Shown: piece after piece, positions 26,312 to 38,668 of the stretch
Numbering within the stretch: the stretch's first letter is position 1
Layout of the letters: every line of letters starts with the position of its first letter
From: Octopus sinensis
Lineage: Eukaryota
DNA: 64,000 nucleotides
Direction of reading: 5' to 3'
NCBI RefSeq assembly: GCF_006345805.1
Contig: NC_042999.1
Location: 38,564,001-38,628,000 of the forward strand
Position numbers and translations under genes: made by a program
The notes under the pieces: model-generated
What the model saw: only the letters and a program-made list of their open reading frames with translations
What the model was told of the DNA's origin: nothing
Database searches by the model: none

Positions 26312-26710
26312 GCGCAGGAGTAGCTGTGTGGTAAGTAGCTTGCTTAACAACCACATGGTTCCGGGTTCAGTCCCACTGCGTGGCATCTTGGGCAAGTGAC
26401 TTCTGCTATAGCCCCGGGCCGACCAATGCCTTGTGAGTGGATTTGGTGGACGGAAACTGAAAGAAGCCCGTCGTATATATGTATATATATATATATATAT
26501 ATGTGTGTGTCTGTGTTTGTCCCAATAGCATTGTTTGACAACCGATGCTGGTGTGTTTATGTCCCCGTTACATTAGCGGTTCGGCAAAAGAGACCGATAA
26601 CAATAAGTAGTGGGCTTACAAAAGAATAAGTCCCAGGGTCGAGTTGCTCGACTAAAAGGCGGTGCTCCAGCATGGCCGCAGTCAAAATGACTGAAACAAG
26701 GAAAAAAAGA
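26311..26710 (+). mobile_element. SINE family B, full length
   Basis: ggcgcaggagtagctgtgtggtaagtagcttgc ... (TA)n(TG)n ... ggcggtgctccagcatggccgcagtc..tgactgaaacaag. Confidence 0.92.
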
Positions 26711-27289
26711 AAAAAGAAAGAATATATATATATGTGTATGTGTGTGTGTATTTATAGGCGTATACACGTCAGCTGAGACACATATACATGCGTAAGTACT
26801 CTTCGTTAATATATGTGTATATAATTTTGCACGTTGAGTGTAAGTTTGCATTGGTATTGAATATCAATAAAAAATATTTTAAAAATATATTTCATGGTAA
26901 AATTTATATGAATTAATTGTCAAACCGATTTTTCGTAAACTGTCGTATATACATAATGTAAGTGAAAATGTATGCACGTTATACGTCAGTATGTGACGTA
27001 TGTCCATTTTTTCGTCCGAAAATATTTATCTTTTACTAAATATCATAATTGTATCAAGTACTAGCAAAACTGAATACAGTTACTGAATCGGTTCTGGTGG
27101 GCGAATGTGTGTGTATGGATTAACATGCACTCAAGTAGTGAGTGAGCACGCTATTTAGTTCCTAAGTGTGTTACATTTCTCTCTGCTGGAATATTAAACA
27201 AGATTTTCACTGTAACGCCAAACGATTGTATTTATTATTATTATCATCATTATTATTATATTATTATTATTATTATATTATTATTATTA

Positions 27290-27320
<31 letters not shown>

Positions 27321-27323
<3 letters not shown>

Positions 27324-27558
27324 TAGTTTTATTTTTATATCGTGCTTTCACTTCACTACCGAGCGCAGATCTGTGTGCCTTGGGTATGTGCTGTGATTTG
27401 TTGTGATGCTCTGATGGTTATTGTATGGAAAGTGTTCTGCGTAGGATATGTGCAGTGCCTAGTAGTGCAATTTTCTGTATGTTATATGTGTTTGTAAGTC
27501 CTGGTGTTTTTGTTATGTATTTGTCTGAATATTTTTTTATCATGCCTAATGCACCTAC

Positions 27559-27559
<1 letters not shown>
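27321..27559 (-). mobile_element. 5'-truncated R4/Dong-like LINE 3' end embedded in (TAA)n
   Basis: VGALGMIKKYSDKYITKTPGLTNTYNIQKIALLGTAHILRRTLSIQ*; (TTA)n tracts on both sides. Confidence 0.85.
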
Positions 27560-27630
<71 letters not shown>

Positions 27631-28209
27631 CATTATTATCATTACTATTATTATCATTATAAATTTTCCTATCAGCATTTAAAAGATAACAGGATGAGTT
27701 TGTTCTTTTGAAGGCCAAGATCAGCGCTCTCATTGATCGATTGTTGAAGTAAACACATTTGACATCTGCTGACCGCAATATGTGACTTTTTTGTTTCCTG
27801 ATCGCACAGGAATGCGAAACCCACTTGTTGATTTCCTTCTCACCATCTTCCGAGCCAATTCACAGACTTGTTGATTTAAATTTATTCACTAACCTGCTTG
27901 TCTTCTTCCTACTATGACCTCCAGCCCTCACATATTTATGATTATCTCAAGTACAAGACAAACGTCAAATGTAAACAACATTTAATGATACCAGACAGTA
28001 GTTTGAGTAAATATGGCAGACATAACGGTTATTTTGTCACAACAACAATACAGAACAAGGCACTGTTGTTGGTAACTAACGATGAACAATGCTGTTATGG
28101 CAAGGATAAAGTAACTATAACGGCAGAGCTGACAATATTGTAAGAGACAACAACCGTCTCTACATCTGCTACATAAGGTTCAATATTAAAAATTTAATGT
28201 AGCACAAAT

Positions 28210-31200
28210 ATGTCTTACAAAACAAAAAGGAAAACTACAGCAATGCTCCAAATTGCTAGTTCTATGATTAATCTGAAATCGCGTTCCCCAGAAGAGAGTG
28301 GAAAAATCATTGACTGGCACAGAATCTTCTCTGAATTTGAACGTGGATGGTCAATTGAACAGGAACTGTCCCAACTCGAACCTCCAAGTTTACCCCCATA
28401 CCCACCACAGAGAGAAAATATAAGATCCATCAAATGGACCCGAGAAAAGTGTACTGAAGTAATATACGCCTATTACTATGTATTAGGTAGGCCATCTGAA
28501 GTGAAACACGCCGCACACTTTTATTTTATCAAATATGGAGAACATGAAATCAAGGCAACAGACTTTTTGGACGAAAAGAAGTTAGCAAATATTAGGAGGG
28601 ATATCTTCAGAAATGAAAGACTGACAAATAGTGAAATAACCACGATCAAGCACGCAGCGGAAAATGACCTAAATATAAGACAGAAAGGAAATGGAGGATA
28701 AGACGAGGAGAACTACTCTCTACGAATCTCAGTTGAACGACTGCCGCCTGATCAGAACACGCAAGCGTCTCAAGAAATAAATTATTATGAACTTGATAAA
28801 GATAGCGAGCCATGTGTTGAAGAAACAATATTTGAAGACCACATATTCACTGAAGAACATACAAATTCTATGATAGCTACCAAGCAGAAAATCCTGAATA
28901 AGTTTGCAGTTGTAAAACACGGGAATATGCATAATAGAGAACCACTTCATAAACTCTAAAATGGAAAATAATTTAAAATTGGAAATTATGTAACAAAAGA
29001 TATCATACAAGAACTAAAACCAGATCTCACTGAGATAAACGAAATTATTTGCACAACTAGCGAGACAATTGAAACCAGTTGCATGCCTCTGGAAAAAGCA
29101 ATACAAACCTGAGACGGATTTCAAATTGGAAAAATAAATTTTAAAGCAAAATTGAAATAATGAGAGGTGAAATATGAATATTGAATGAACTATTCTGTGG
29201 AACCGATGTAAAAATCATGAAAAGGAAGACAGATGACGAGAAAACATAGATTCTCACCATGGAAGAAGTTAAAATCTTTTGGAAAACTATTTGGAGTGCT
29301 GAAAAGACATACAAGGAAAATGCATACTGGATTAGACGCACACAAGCGTTCTACCAAATATTACTAGAACAAGCATGGAAAGACGATGATAATAGACCTA
29401 AAAATGATACTCACGAAACCACACATGGGAAAATCCCCTGGTAATGCTAGAGTGCCACATTTCTGGCTCACATTGTTCCCGTGCGCACACGAAGGGATAG
29501 TTCAGTTATTCAAGGAATGAGATTCTACGAAAGCACCTGATTGGTTAGCAAGAATAATGGAACCAAATTGACCCAAAAATATCTGTCCATGATCTGTTTA
29601 TCTTCCACGCCTAACGTTTTGGCATCCATCTTCGTGGAGAAAACATAAGCGTTTATGGAACAGAACGATAGTTTCCCCATTAATCAAAAAGGATGCCAAT
29701 GAGGCTCATATGGTTGCAAAGATCGACTCTTAATCAATCGCATGATCCTTGATAACTGTCATAACAAACGCAGAAATCTCAGTTCCGCATGGATTGAAAA
29801 AGGCTTTTGACAGCATACCGCATTCTTGGATATTGAAATCGCTGGATATCTTCAAAATTTCTTCTGTGATCTCAAACTTCCTGAAACACAACATGTCAAT
29901 GTGGAAAACGAATCTACAATAATACCACTCTAATGGTGTACTGACTAACTGCAGCATTTTGCAGGGTGACTCACTTTTACCGCTATTTCTTTGCATACCC
30001 CTTTCAAGTGAACTTATCAGAACAGGGTATGGGTAAAGAATTGATGACAAGAAAATAAGTCATCTATTCTACATGGATGGCTTAAAAGTCTATGGCGAAG
30101 ACTATAATGAGCTTGGGGGACTATTACGTAGTATGAAATCATTTAGTGATGACATCGCGATGGAATTTGGTCTTGAAAAATGTGCCAAGGACACTTTCCA
30201 GAAAGGGGCAATTGAATACCTCACATTCAGTGGTGTTAGATGTTGACAAATTTATAAAAGACTTCGAACCGAACGAACTTACAAAAACCTCGGAATAAAT
30301 GAGGGCTCTTACATTCAACATGCAAGCATGAAAGAGTAGATCAGGAAGGAATGTTACAGGAGAGTTCGAGCAGTACTTAAATCCGTGAAATGCACGTAAC
30401 AAGGTATTAGCAACTAATTTATAAGCAGTTCTGTTTGTTATTTACAGTTTCAATGTGTTGAACTGGAATATGAGCGAACTCAGGAAGATTGACAGGAAAA
30501 GCCGTAAGCTGCTGATTTACAATAAGATGCACCACCCAAAAGCATACGCAGATTGTATTTACCTCCCTAGAGCTCAAGGAGGTCGGAGCTTGATCTAGTT
30601 TGAAATCTCTTACAAAACCACCACAATTGGACTGGCAAAATATCTTGAAACTTCTAATGACTGGATGCACAAGCACGTTGAAAATCACAAGAGACGTAAG
30701 AAGCTTCATTCTATTATGAAGAGGAGCAAATAATTTGCTAGTTAGTTCATAATACCCAGGTTGAAAGGCATGATGAAAGTGCAGCAACTGTAGTTTCAGA
30801 GATGGTGAAATCAACAACAAAGCAAAATGCGTTTGAGTATTTGGCTGATAGATGTGAACAAAAACCTCTACATGGAAAATACGTGGCCCGTAGCAAACAA
30901 AGTGATGTAGGCCAGAATTATACGCATCAGTGGCTACAGAGCTGCTTAGAGATAAAGTCATTGAAGGAAGGCATTATCTTGGCTGCTGGAAATCAGAGCT
31001 TATTGACCCGGAATGATCAAGTCAATGTGATGAAAATTGATGTAGACACAGAGTATCGATACTGCAACGAGGGGATTGAAATAATGGACCACAAAATCTC
31101 TGGATGTAAGGTTTTAGCACCTGTAAATCCAGACCTGACAGATTTGGCCAGTATGAACATTGGATATGTCGACATAAAATCAAAACTGCTGACAAATGGT

Positions 31201-31603
31201 AAAGCACAATCCTGACTGAGGGAATAAATGTAACGATTCTTTGAGACTTCCCAGTATGGACGAACCGAACCATCGAAGCTAATAAATCAGATATTGCTGT
31301 GAAAGAGAAAAAAAAAACAATAGAGTTTGATTCTTGACTAACCTGAGCATACCCTGCGATCAAAGTATATCCGCAAAAGAATTTTATAAGCCCCCAAATT
31401 ATAAAGGTTTGATAATTGAAATCTAATTGATGTGGCATCTCAAGATGGTTACAATACCAATGATTATAGGAACATTTGGAATGATCAAAAGAGGACCTGA
31501 AAATTATTTAAGAATGATCCATAGCTTAGCATCCATGCAAGAAGTGCAAGCGATTGTCTTGGCTAATACGTTACACGTACCTAGAAGAGCATTGTTGCAG
31601 TAG
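28210..31603 (+). mobile_element. Near full-length decayed R4/Dong-like non-LTR retrotransposon (N-terminal domain, RT, CCHC, REL endonuclease)
   Basis: KWTREKCTEVIYAYY..KLANIRRDI; FWKTIWS; QKGCQ*GSYGCKDRLLINRMIL; KAFDSIPHSWI; QGDSL; SHLFYMDGLK; FGLEKCAK; YLPRAQGGR; PLHGKY; DHKISGCKVLAP; NRTIEANKSDIAVKE; IPMIIGTFGMIK; many stops and frameshifts. Confidence 0.9.
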
Positions 31604-32299
31604 GTTTTCATTCCTCTTTCCCCTTTATTTTACGTTCACTTTCATAATTTTTTTCATTTTTTTCTTTGTCTTTCTTCTCCATTTTCTTTATCACATGACT
31701 TTTTAAATGGATAATCTGATGATAATAATTACAACTCTAATAAATTCATCTATAGCAGTAATAGTAGCGATCGTAGCGAGAAGGTCGGGTGGATGAGTGG
31801 CACTCTCTGTGGCTTTGGCGATGACAGTCAGGCAACCGGCAATAACCATCGTGATATTATCTGTCAGCAGACCACTGCAATCTCTAAATGCTATAAATTG
31901 TTACATAGCATCACAAGCTATCATAGTGGCAACAATAATGTTGACAGTAACCATGACGACAATACCCAGAAAATGGCGAAATCCTCTCCATAACGCCTGC
32001 AGCAATTTTCATATAAATTGCGTATGAGTTTATAATGGCACAAATAATGTAAATATGCAAACAACTGGCAACAATATTAGTAAACCAGGCAACCGTATTC
32101 ATAATTACCATAGCATTGACAGTTCTATTGGACATATTAACAACCCTATTGACTTATGCTTAATCCTGTATAATGCTAGTGAATCTAATAGCTATAATGA
32201 TAATCATTAGACTCACCATACGGCAAATGTGCAACACATTAATATTCCTAATACTAACACCTGTAATATCAATATCCATACTTCTTCTGTGTTAATACA

Positions 32300-32600
32300 T
32301 TTCTATATTTAAGAGATGAGGAATTATGTTCATTATTTACATTATTTATATTTCACAGATATATGTCCTCATCTTGTTTGATGTTAATACAACGTTTCGG
32401 CTGATATACCCTCCAGCCTCAATCAGGTGTCTTCGGGAGATTTTGAACATGGGTTCTCATTCCTAAGTTATTTTTGTGTTGTTGTTGTTGTTGCTGTTCT
32501 TCTTCTTCTTCTTCTTCTTCTTTTCTTCTTCTTCTTCTTCTTCTTCTTCTTCTTCTTCTTCTTCTTCTTCTTCTTCTTCTCCTTCGTCTTCTTCTTCTTC

Positions 32601-32644
<44 letters not shown>

Positions 32645-32733
32645 ATCATTATTATTATTAAGGTCACTGCCTGGAATAGAACTCAGAATCTAGGGGTTAG
32701 TAGCCCGCGTTGTTAACCACTACGCCATATGCC
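32300..32733 (-). mobile_element. SINE family D: tRNA-like head, internal (AAT)n(GAA)n(CAA)n, hammerhead-bearing tail
   Basis: Head ggcatatggcgtagtggttaacaacgcgggctactaacccctagattctgagttctattccagg (A/B boxes); tail homologous to 13375-13490. Confidence 0.75.
32386..32431 (-). ncRNA. Minimal hammerhead ribozyme motif, slightly degenerate
   Basis: gacac-CUGAUUGA-ggcug(10 nt)cagcc-GAAAC-GUU/guauu; palindromic ACGU stem III; one stem I mismatch and an altered core. Confidence 0.6.
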
Positions 32734-32799
32734 CGTGGGGAATATATACGGAATAAGTTGAGATTTTTGCTTTTCATATTCTAGCCACACAAGGAAGAG

Positions 32800-33305
32800 T
32801 TCCAAGTGCTGTTAGGTCCTGTAAACTCAATAAAGCCATCCATACAATTCACAATGGAAAAAGAAAAACACAATCAGCTTGCATTCCCGGACGTATTAAT
32901 AACACGCACCAAGTATGGATTCAGGACGTCCGTATAGCTGAAGCCAACCTTCACTGGACGATACCTCAACTTCATCTCCAACCATCCATACAGTGTAAAG
33001 AGAGGGATTGCTCAGTGCCTAAAATATCGAGCAATGAATATAAGTAGCGATCGTGATACCCACCACGAAAAAAAGAACAAGCTCAGTAACAATATATTAA
33101 GCAACAGCTACACCAAAAGGATACTCTCCACTCCAATTAGGAAGAAAAGAGAAAATGATAAACTGTCCACAGTCTGTCTACCTCATATGAAAGGCCACTT
33201 AGGAAAATACAAAAGATATGCGGCCTATTTGACATTAGGACAGTATTCCAAAGTAATACAACACTTAGCAAATATCTCCTTCGAGTAAAACCTCAAATAG
33301 AAGAG
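32800..33305 (+). mobile_element. Penelope-like element RT C-terminal/thumb fragment
   Basis: FTMEKEKHNQLAFPDVLITRTKYGFRTSV*LKPTFTGRYLNFISNHPYSVKRGIAQCLKYRA ... KIQKICGLFDIRTVFQSNTTLSKYLLRVKP. Confidence 0.88.
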
Positions 33306-33742
33306 GAGTGAGATATATGACAATCCTGTTTATGACATCTCAATCTCTTTAGAACTTTAGTATTTATTCATTTATATTTAAATTTATACTACTTAGTGGT
33401 CGGTGAACTTCGTGACATATCTCCTTTAAATGAGAATATATCTGCTAAGGATTTGGTGACTTTTCAATTTAAGAACAATGCAACGTTACACTTTCATAGA
33501 TTATTCAGTATCTTTGTTAAACCACAAACAAATTTAGATCAGTGAATTTAGACTGTATATTTATATAACCTCCATGTTCCTTATTTGCCTGTTTTTATCC
33601 ACACCTACTACATATCCTATATATTCGAATGTAAAATTTGATGACTCCCTGGTGCAGCGCATGTTGTCTGCCTCCACATCAATGTTTAAAATTGTAGCTT
33701 CTTGAAATTATACCAGTTGCTCTTGGATTATATATCATGATG

Positions 33743-33795
<53 letters not shown>

Positions 33796-33812
33796 AAATA
33801 TATAAGTGTGTG

Positions 33813-34045
33813 TAAGGCGGCGAGCTGGCAGAACCGTTAGCACGCCGGGCGAAATGCCTAGCCGTATTTCGTCTGCCGTTACGTTCTGAGTTCAAATTCT
33901 GCCGAGGTCGACTTTGCCTATCATCCTTTCGGGGCCGATAAATTAAGTACCAGTTACGCACTGGGGTCGATGTAATCGACTTAATTCGTTTGTCTGTCCT
34001 TGTTTGTCCGCCCTATGTTTAGCCCCTTGTGGGTAATAAAGAAAC
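33813..34045 (+). mobile_element. SINE family A monomer with 15 bp TSD
   Basis: atatataagtgtgtg at 33798-33812 and 34046-34060 flanks a complete copy. Confidence 0.93.
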
Positions 34046-34951
34046 ATATATAAGTGTGTGGGGGGACGTGAGTGAGCTCTATAGGGTGTATGTGTTTGTG
34101 TGGGTGTCTGCAATAGAATATAATATATTCCGAACGACCTCGGTAACATAATTTACCTAAGTACAGGGAATGACGTTGTGGAAATTGTTATACATAATTC
34201 ATCTTTGATTTAAGTAGATAAATGATATCTAACCCTGGAATATAAAGCTGAGTTCAGATTATCAATATATACCTACAAATTATTTTTTTGCAGGACACAG
34301 ATACAAAGGCACACAGACATACACACACACCTACACACACACAGACAGACACATGTATATAGATAGATAGAGAGGTATGTAAGTAGGTAGATAGATAGAT
34401 AGCTACACAAAGTGAAAGAGAGAGAAGGGGAAGGAGGAACAGTGAAAGAAAGAGAGAGAGAGAGAGAGGTCAAAGAGGAACAGTGAGGGAGAATGAAAGT
34501 GATAATGAAAACTAAACAAAACCAAGTTGATTAATTCTGGAAAAATAAATTTAGCAATCTAGTTTTAAATAAGGAAGCTGAAAGAGAGAGAGAAAGTAAA
34601 ACACGGAGAAGGAGAAAGCGTGAGAGAAAAGTAAACAGGAAATGGAAAGAGAGCGGTTGATAGGGAATTACGAATATAAAGATTAGTTTAAGCAATATTA
34701 TGAAATAATTTGTAATTGGTGTAACCTTTATAGTATTTATGTCGTATCTTCTATCACAAATGGACGTACAACTCACACGACGCAAACGAGAAACAGGTGG
34801 GATTTTCAATTTGCATATAATAATTACTCAAACAGCCATTCATATTAATCACATTCATGAAGGGATAGCATTTCCCTAAAATCCATACATATCATAATAT
34901 TACGTTCTCTAAGTTTAGAGTGTAGTTGGTATGTAGCTGCCATTCTTCCTC

Positions 34952-35571
34952 GTACAGATCGCTTCAGTTTTCTACTGAGAAGATTGCGCAACACTAAAGA
35001 ATTAATAAAATGAGTATGGGAGACTATTTCTTTGACTATTCTGTCTAGACTTATTAAGTTTAATTTTGATGTGACTTTGTATTCATAATACGAGGTGGTT
35101 AATTCCAACTAGAAATACGGAAACTACAGTTTCCTGCAATATCGATAACGATGAATTTGTACAGATCGATTCAGTTTTCTACTGAGAATATTGCAGAACA
35201 CTAAAAAATTAATAAAATGACTATGGGAGACTATTTCTTTGACTATTCTGTCTAGACTTATTAAGTTTAATTTTGATGTGATTTTGTATTCATAATACGA
35301 GGTGGTTAATTCCAACTAGAAATACGGAAACTACAGTTTTCTGCAATATCGATAACGATGAATTTGTACAGATCGCTTCAGTTTTCTACAGAGAAGATTG
35401 CACAACACTAAAGAATTAATAAAATAAGTATGGGAGACTAATTCTTTGGCTATTCTGTCTAGACCTATTAAGTTTAATTTTGACGTGATTTTGTATTCAT
35501 AATACGAGGTGGTTAATCCAACTAGAAATACGGAAACTACAGTTTTCTGCAATATAGATAACAATGAATTT
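34952..35571. repeat. Tandem repeat, 3 x 207 bp
   Basis: tacagatcg starts at 34953, 35160 and 35367; units differ by scattered substitutions. Confidence 0.95.
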
Positions 35572-36167
35572 CGATATTATAACTCCTTTTTTTCTTATTT
35601 TGCACCGGCTTTGTGTAACCTTCGCTACAATTTTGTTTCATTTTCTCTCCTTGGATTCTATTTCGTAAGCAAACAATGCATTACTGTTTTATGTAGGTCT
35701 TGCATAAAGGATGTAAATACCGTTGTGTTTCACTTTGGCTTTGCAGAGACAATGGAAATTCAATGGTAGAATACAACTCCTCCGCACAGTTGATCAAGTT
35801 AAGCATGTGGGCTATAATTTGTTGTTATTGAAAAGTAAGCTATTATTGAGAACAGAGTTTTTGTTGCGTCATTTGCCTGATAAAAAGCTGTTTCTGTAGA
35901 AAGCAACAACAATCAAGCATATTTCAGCCTATGTTTCCTTAATGTGTGATATATATACTAACAGTCTTCTCAGTAAATTCATCGTTTACAGCCTCAAGTT
36001 TGCAAGTGAGCAAAAGAAGAATGCGAAACACAATTAAAGAAAGATTCTATTTCCCGTTCTTTGAATTTAATTTCTGAAAATATAAACTGGAAAGGGAAAA
36101 TTAAGTATACATTTCGAAACAGTGAACCAGTCTCTGTCTGTCTGTCTCTCTGAATATCTCTGTGTAT

Positions 36168-36282
36168 ACATGCACACATACATACATACATACATACATA
36201 CATACATACATACATACATACATACATACATACATACATACATACATACATACATACATACATACATACATTCATACATACA
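36168..36282. repeat. (CATA)n microsatellite
   Basis: Direct reading. Confidence 0.97.
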
Positions 36283-37239
36283 TGATGGCCGTCCACTCGT
36301 CACCGAAGAAGACCATTGCCGACCTTCAGGAACATTGTGCGCTCTAGGACCAACTTATATTTTGCAGCTGCGGCTCCATTGGTGGCTAATGAACCCTACA
36401 CCCCACATTATAGTTATATTGTATATGCAAATAACCTTAACGTTTTAGAGAGATTGCCATTTCAAGGCAGTGGTCAGACTTTCACATAAATGCTCTTATA
36501 TGATCATCTTCGACGTGGGCCATTTTTGAAAAGCGAGGGAAGAATACTTAAAAGGGTTTTAGGGAATTGAACCTGGGTATGAACACGCGCTGCGAACTCG
36601 GAGTAAACAAAATTAAGCTTTTGTTATAGACAGCGAGCTGCACAATATCAGGCTGCCACTTAACTAAGTGAAAACAAAATATCTAGTGCTTGCTAGCAGT
36701 TGCTGAATAAACTGAAGAGGAAACTATAAAATACACATTATTTTTAGTTAGCAGCCATAAAAGCTATACCAAGTATTCTCATTCTGTGCTCTTTTTTTTG
36801 TATAAACAAACATTCCTAAAGAATTTCTTTGGATCTCAAATCCTGTAGCGTATACTTTTTATTGACATCAAATTAATTTTATATACGTTTTTGTACAATA
36901 AAACAAATGTAATTTGTATGGGCGAAATTTTATCTTGACAATGTTTCAAATAAATATATTTCAGTTTCCCAGGATACGTTTAAAAAAAAATAGCTACATA
37001 TGTATTCCGTTTTTGTTTTCTTTAGTATTATCATTTTTTCAACATCAACAAAGAACATACATTAAAATTTCTGTTCGTCTAGCGTTTACTATTATACATT
37101 TCATCCGGATTTCAACATCAATAAACAACAAATGTTTTTTATGAAAATACTTTAGATAATTTGATTGAATTGTGATAGGAATAATGAGGTGCAAATAATA
37201 TATACACACATACACATACATACGTATATATATATATAC

Positions 37240-37344
<105 letters not shown>

Positions 37345-37357
37345 TATATATATATAT

Positions 37358-37390
<33 letters not shown>

Positions 37391-38454
37391 ATTATATTAT
37401 ATATATATATATATGTATGAGTGTATGTATAAGTATGTATATGTATGCATATATTCATGTATGTATAAACTACAAGTATAAACCTGTAGAACAATAAATG
37501 TTATGAAAACTGTAAAACCCAGGAACTGACACACGTCACCTATATAACCTTATACGGGAAAGAAAGGAATGAGGTGCACAGCTTGGGATGGTATTTAAAG
37601 CAAGTACAATTGGGTATGAAAGCTTGCTGAATAATAAGACACTCTAAGACTAAAAGTTGCTAAATATAATGAAAACAAAATGCTGCAATGTACGAAGAGA
37701 CACGGATATGGCGTACATGTAAGTACTTGATAGACGTTCATCAAAATTCACACATTCGTCTCTATGCAGCCTACACTTTCCTAAAAATAAATTCAAAATA
37801 GTCTAGTATTAAAAAATCATCATAAGTATTAAGTCAACTAACGGTTAAATAAACCCAATCCCTTTAGACAATCGAGCCAAGCTTTTCTCCAATTGTTGCG
37901 GATCAAACATAGTCTCCTCAATAGGAAATCCGAAGTCTACATAATGGCAATACATCCATTAAAATGCTTCATGCATGGCTGATTTGATGAGACTATCTGC
38001 TGTATATTTGCTGAAGCTCAACATATGTTTATATCTTATAATATAGAAGACTTGACATGGACTGTCTCCGTCAGGTGTTCATTTTGAAATGGAACACCTC
38101 TCTCATAAACACAGTTTAAGTATATCCCGTAATCTTTTCGACACAGATATTCATCAGTTTCTTTAGATTTCGGCATTTCACTTTCTTTTTAATCTTAACC
38201 GTCGCTAATAAGGCATAATTAATACAAGAATAATATAAGAAAGATGCATAACCAGTATCATGCATTTTGTTGGAGGGGTGGATCTATCTTAATGTTTGCA
38301 ACACTATATGATGAATAATAATCAATACATGATAATATAAAGGAACTCAAAGATTTTCTTTTAAAATTCCTCCTGATGAGAGTTAAGGCAACGTAATTCC
38401 ATTTCAGGTGAATATAATTTCAGAAAGAAGGGTTAGAAATGATGTGAAATTAAG

Positions 38455-38552
<98 letters not shown>

Positions 38553-38590
38553 TGATCAAAATAAAATAAAAACATGATGCGAAGGATTCA

Positions 38591-38668
38591 GCGGTACATA
38601 TGTTTCGGGCCTTTATTAGACAGATTTATAACAATGCATAATGTATGTCTGTGGCCTTCTTCAGCCGC
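38591..38668 (-). ncRNA. Type I hammerhead ribozyme motif
   Basis: gcgg-CUGAAGA-A-ggcc..agaca..ugucu..ggcc-c-GAAAC-AUAU-GUA/ccgc; stem I 4 bp, palindromic ACAUAUGU stem III. Confidence 0.7.

Noticed and set aside
38373-38400. ctgatgagagttaaggcaacg (also ctgatgag near 39226 and ctgatgaag near 49640)
   Set aside because: No stem II plus GAAA; the 49640 instance is a mutated SINE A core.
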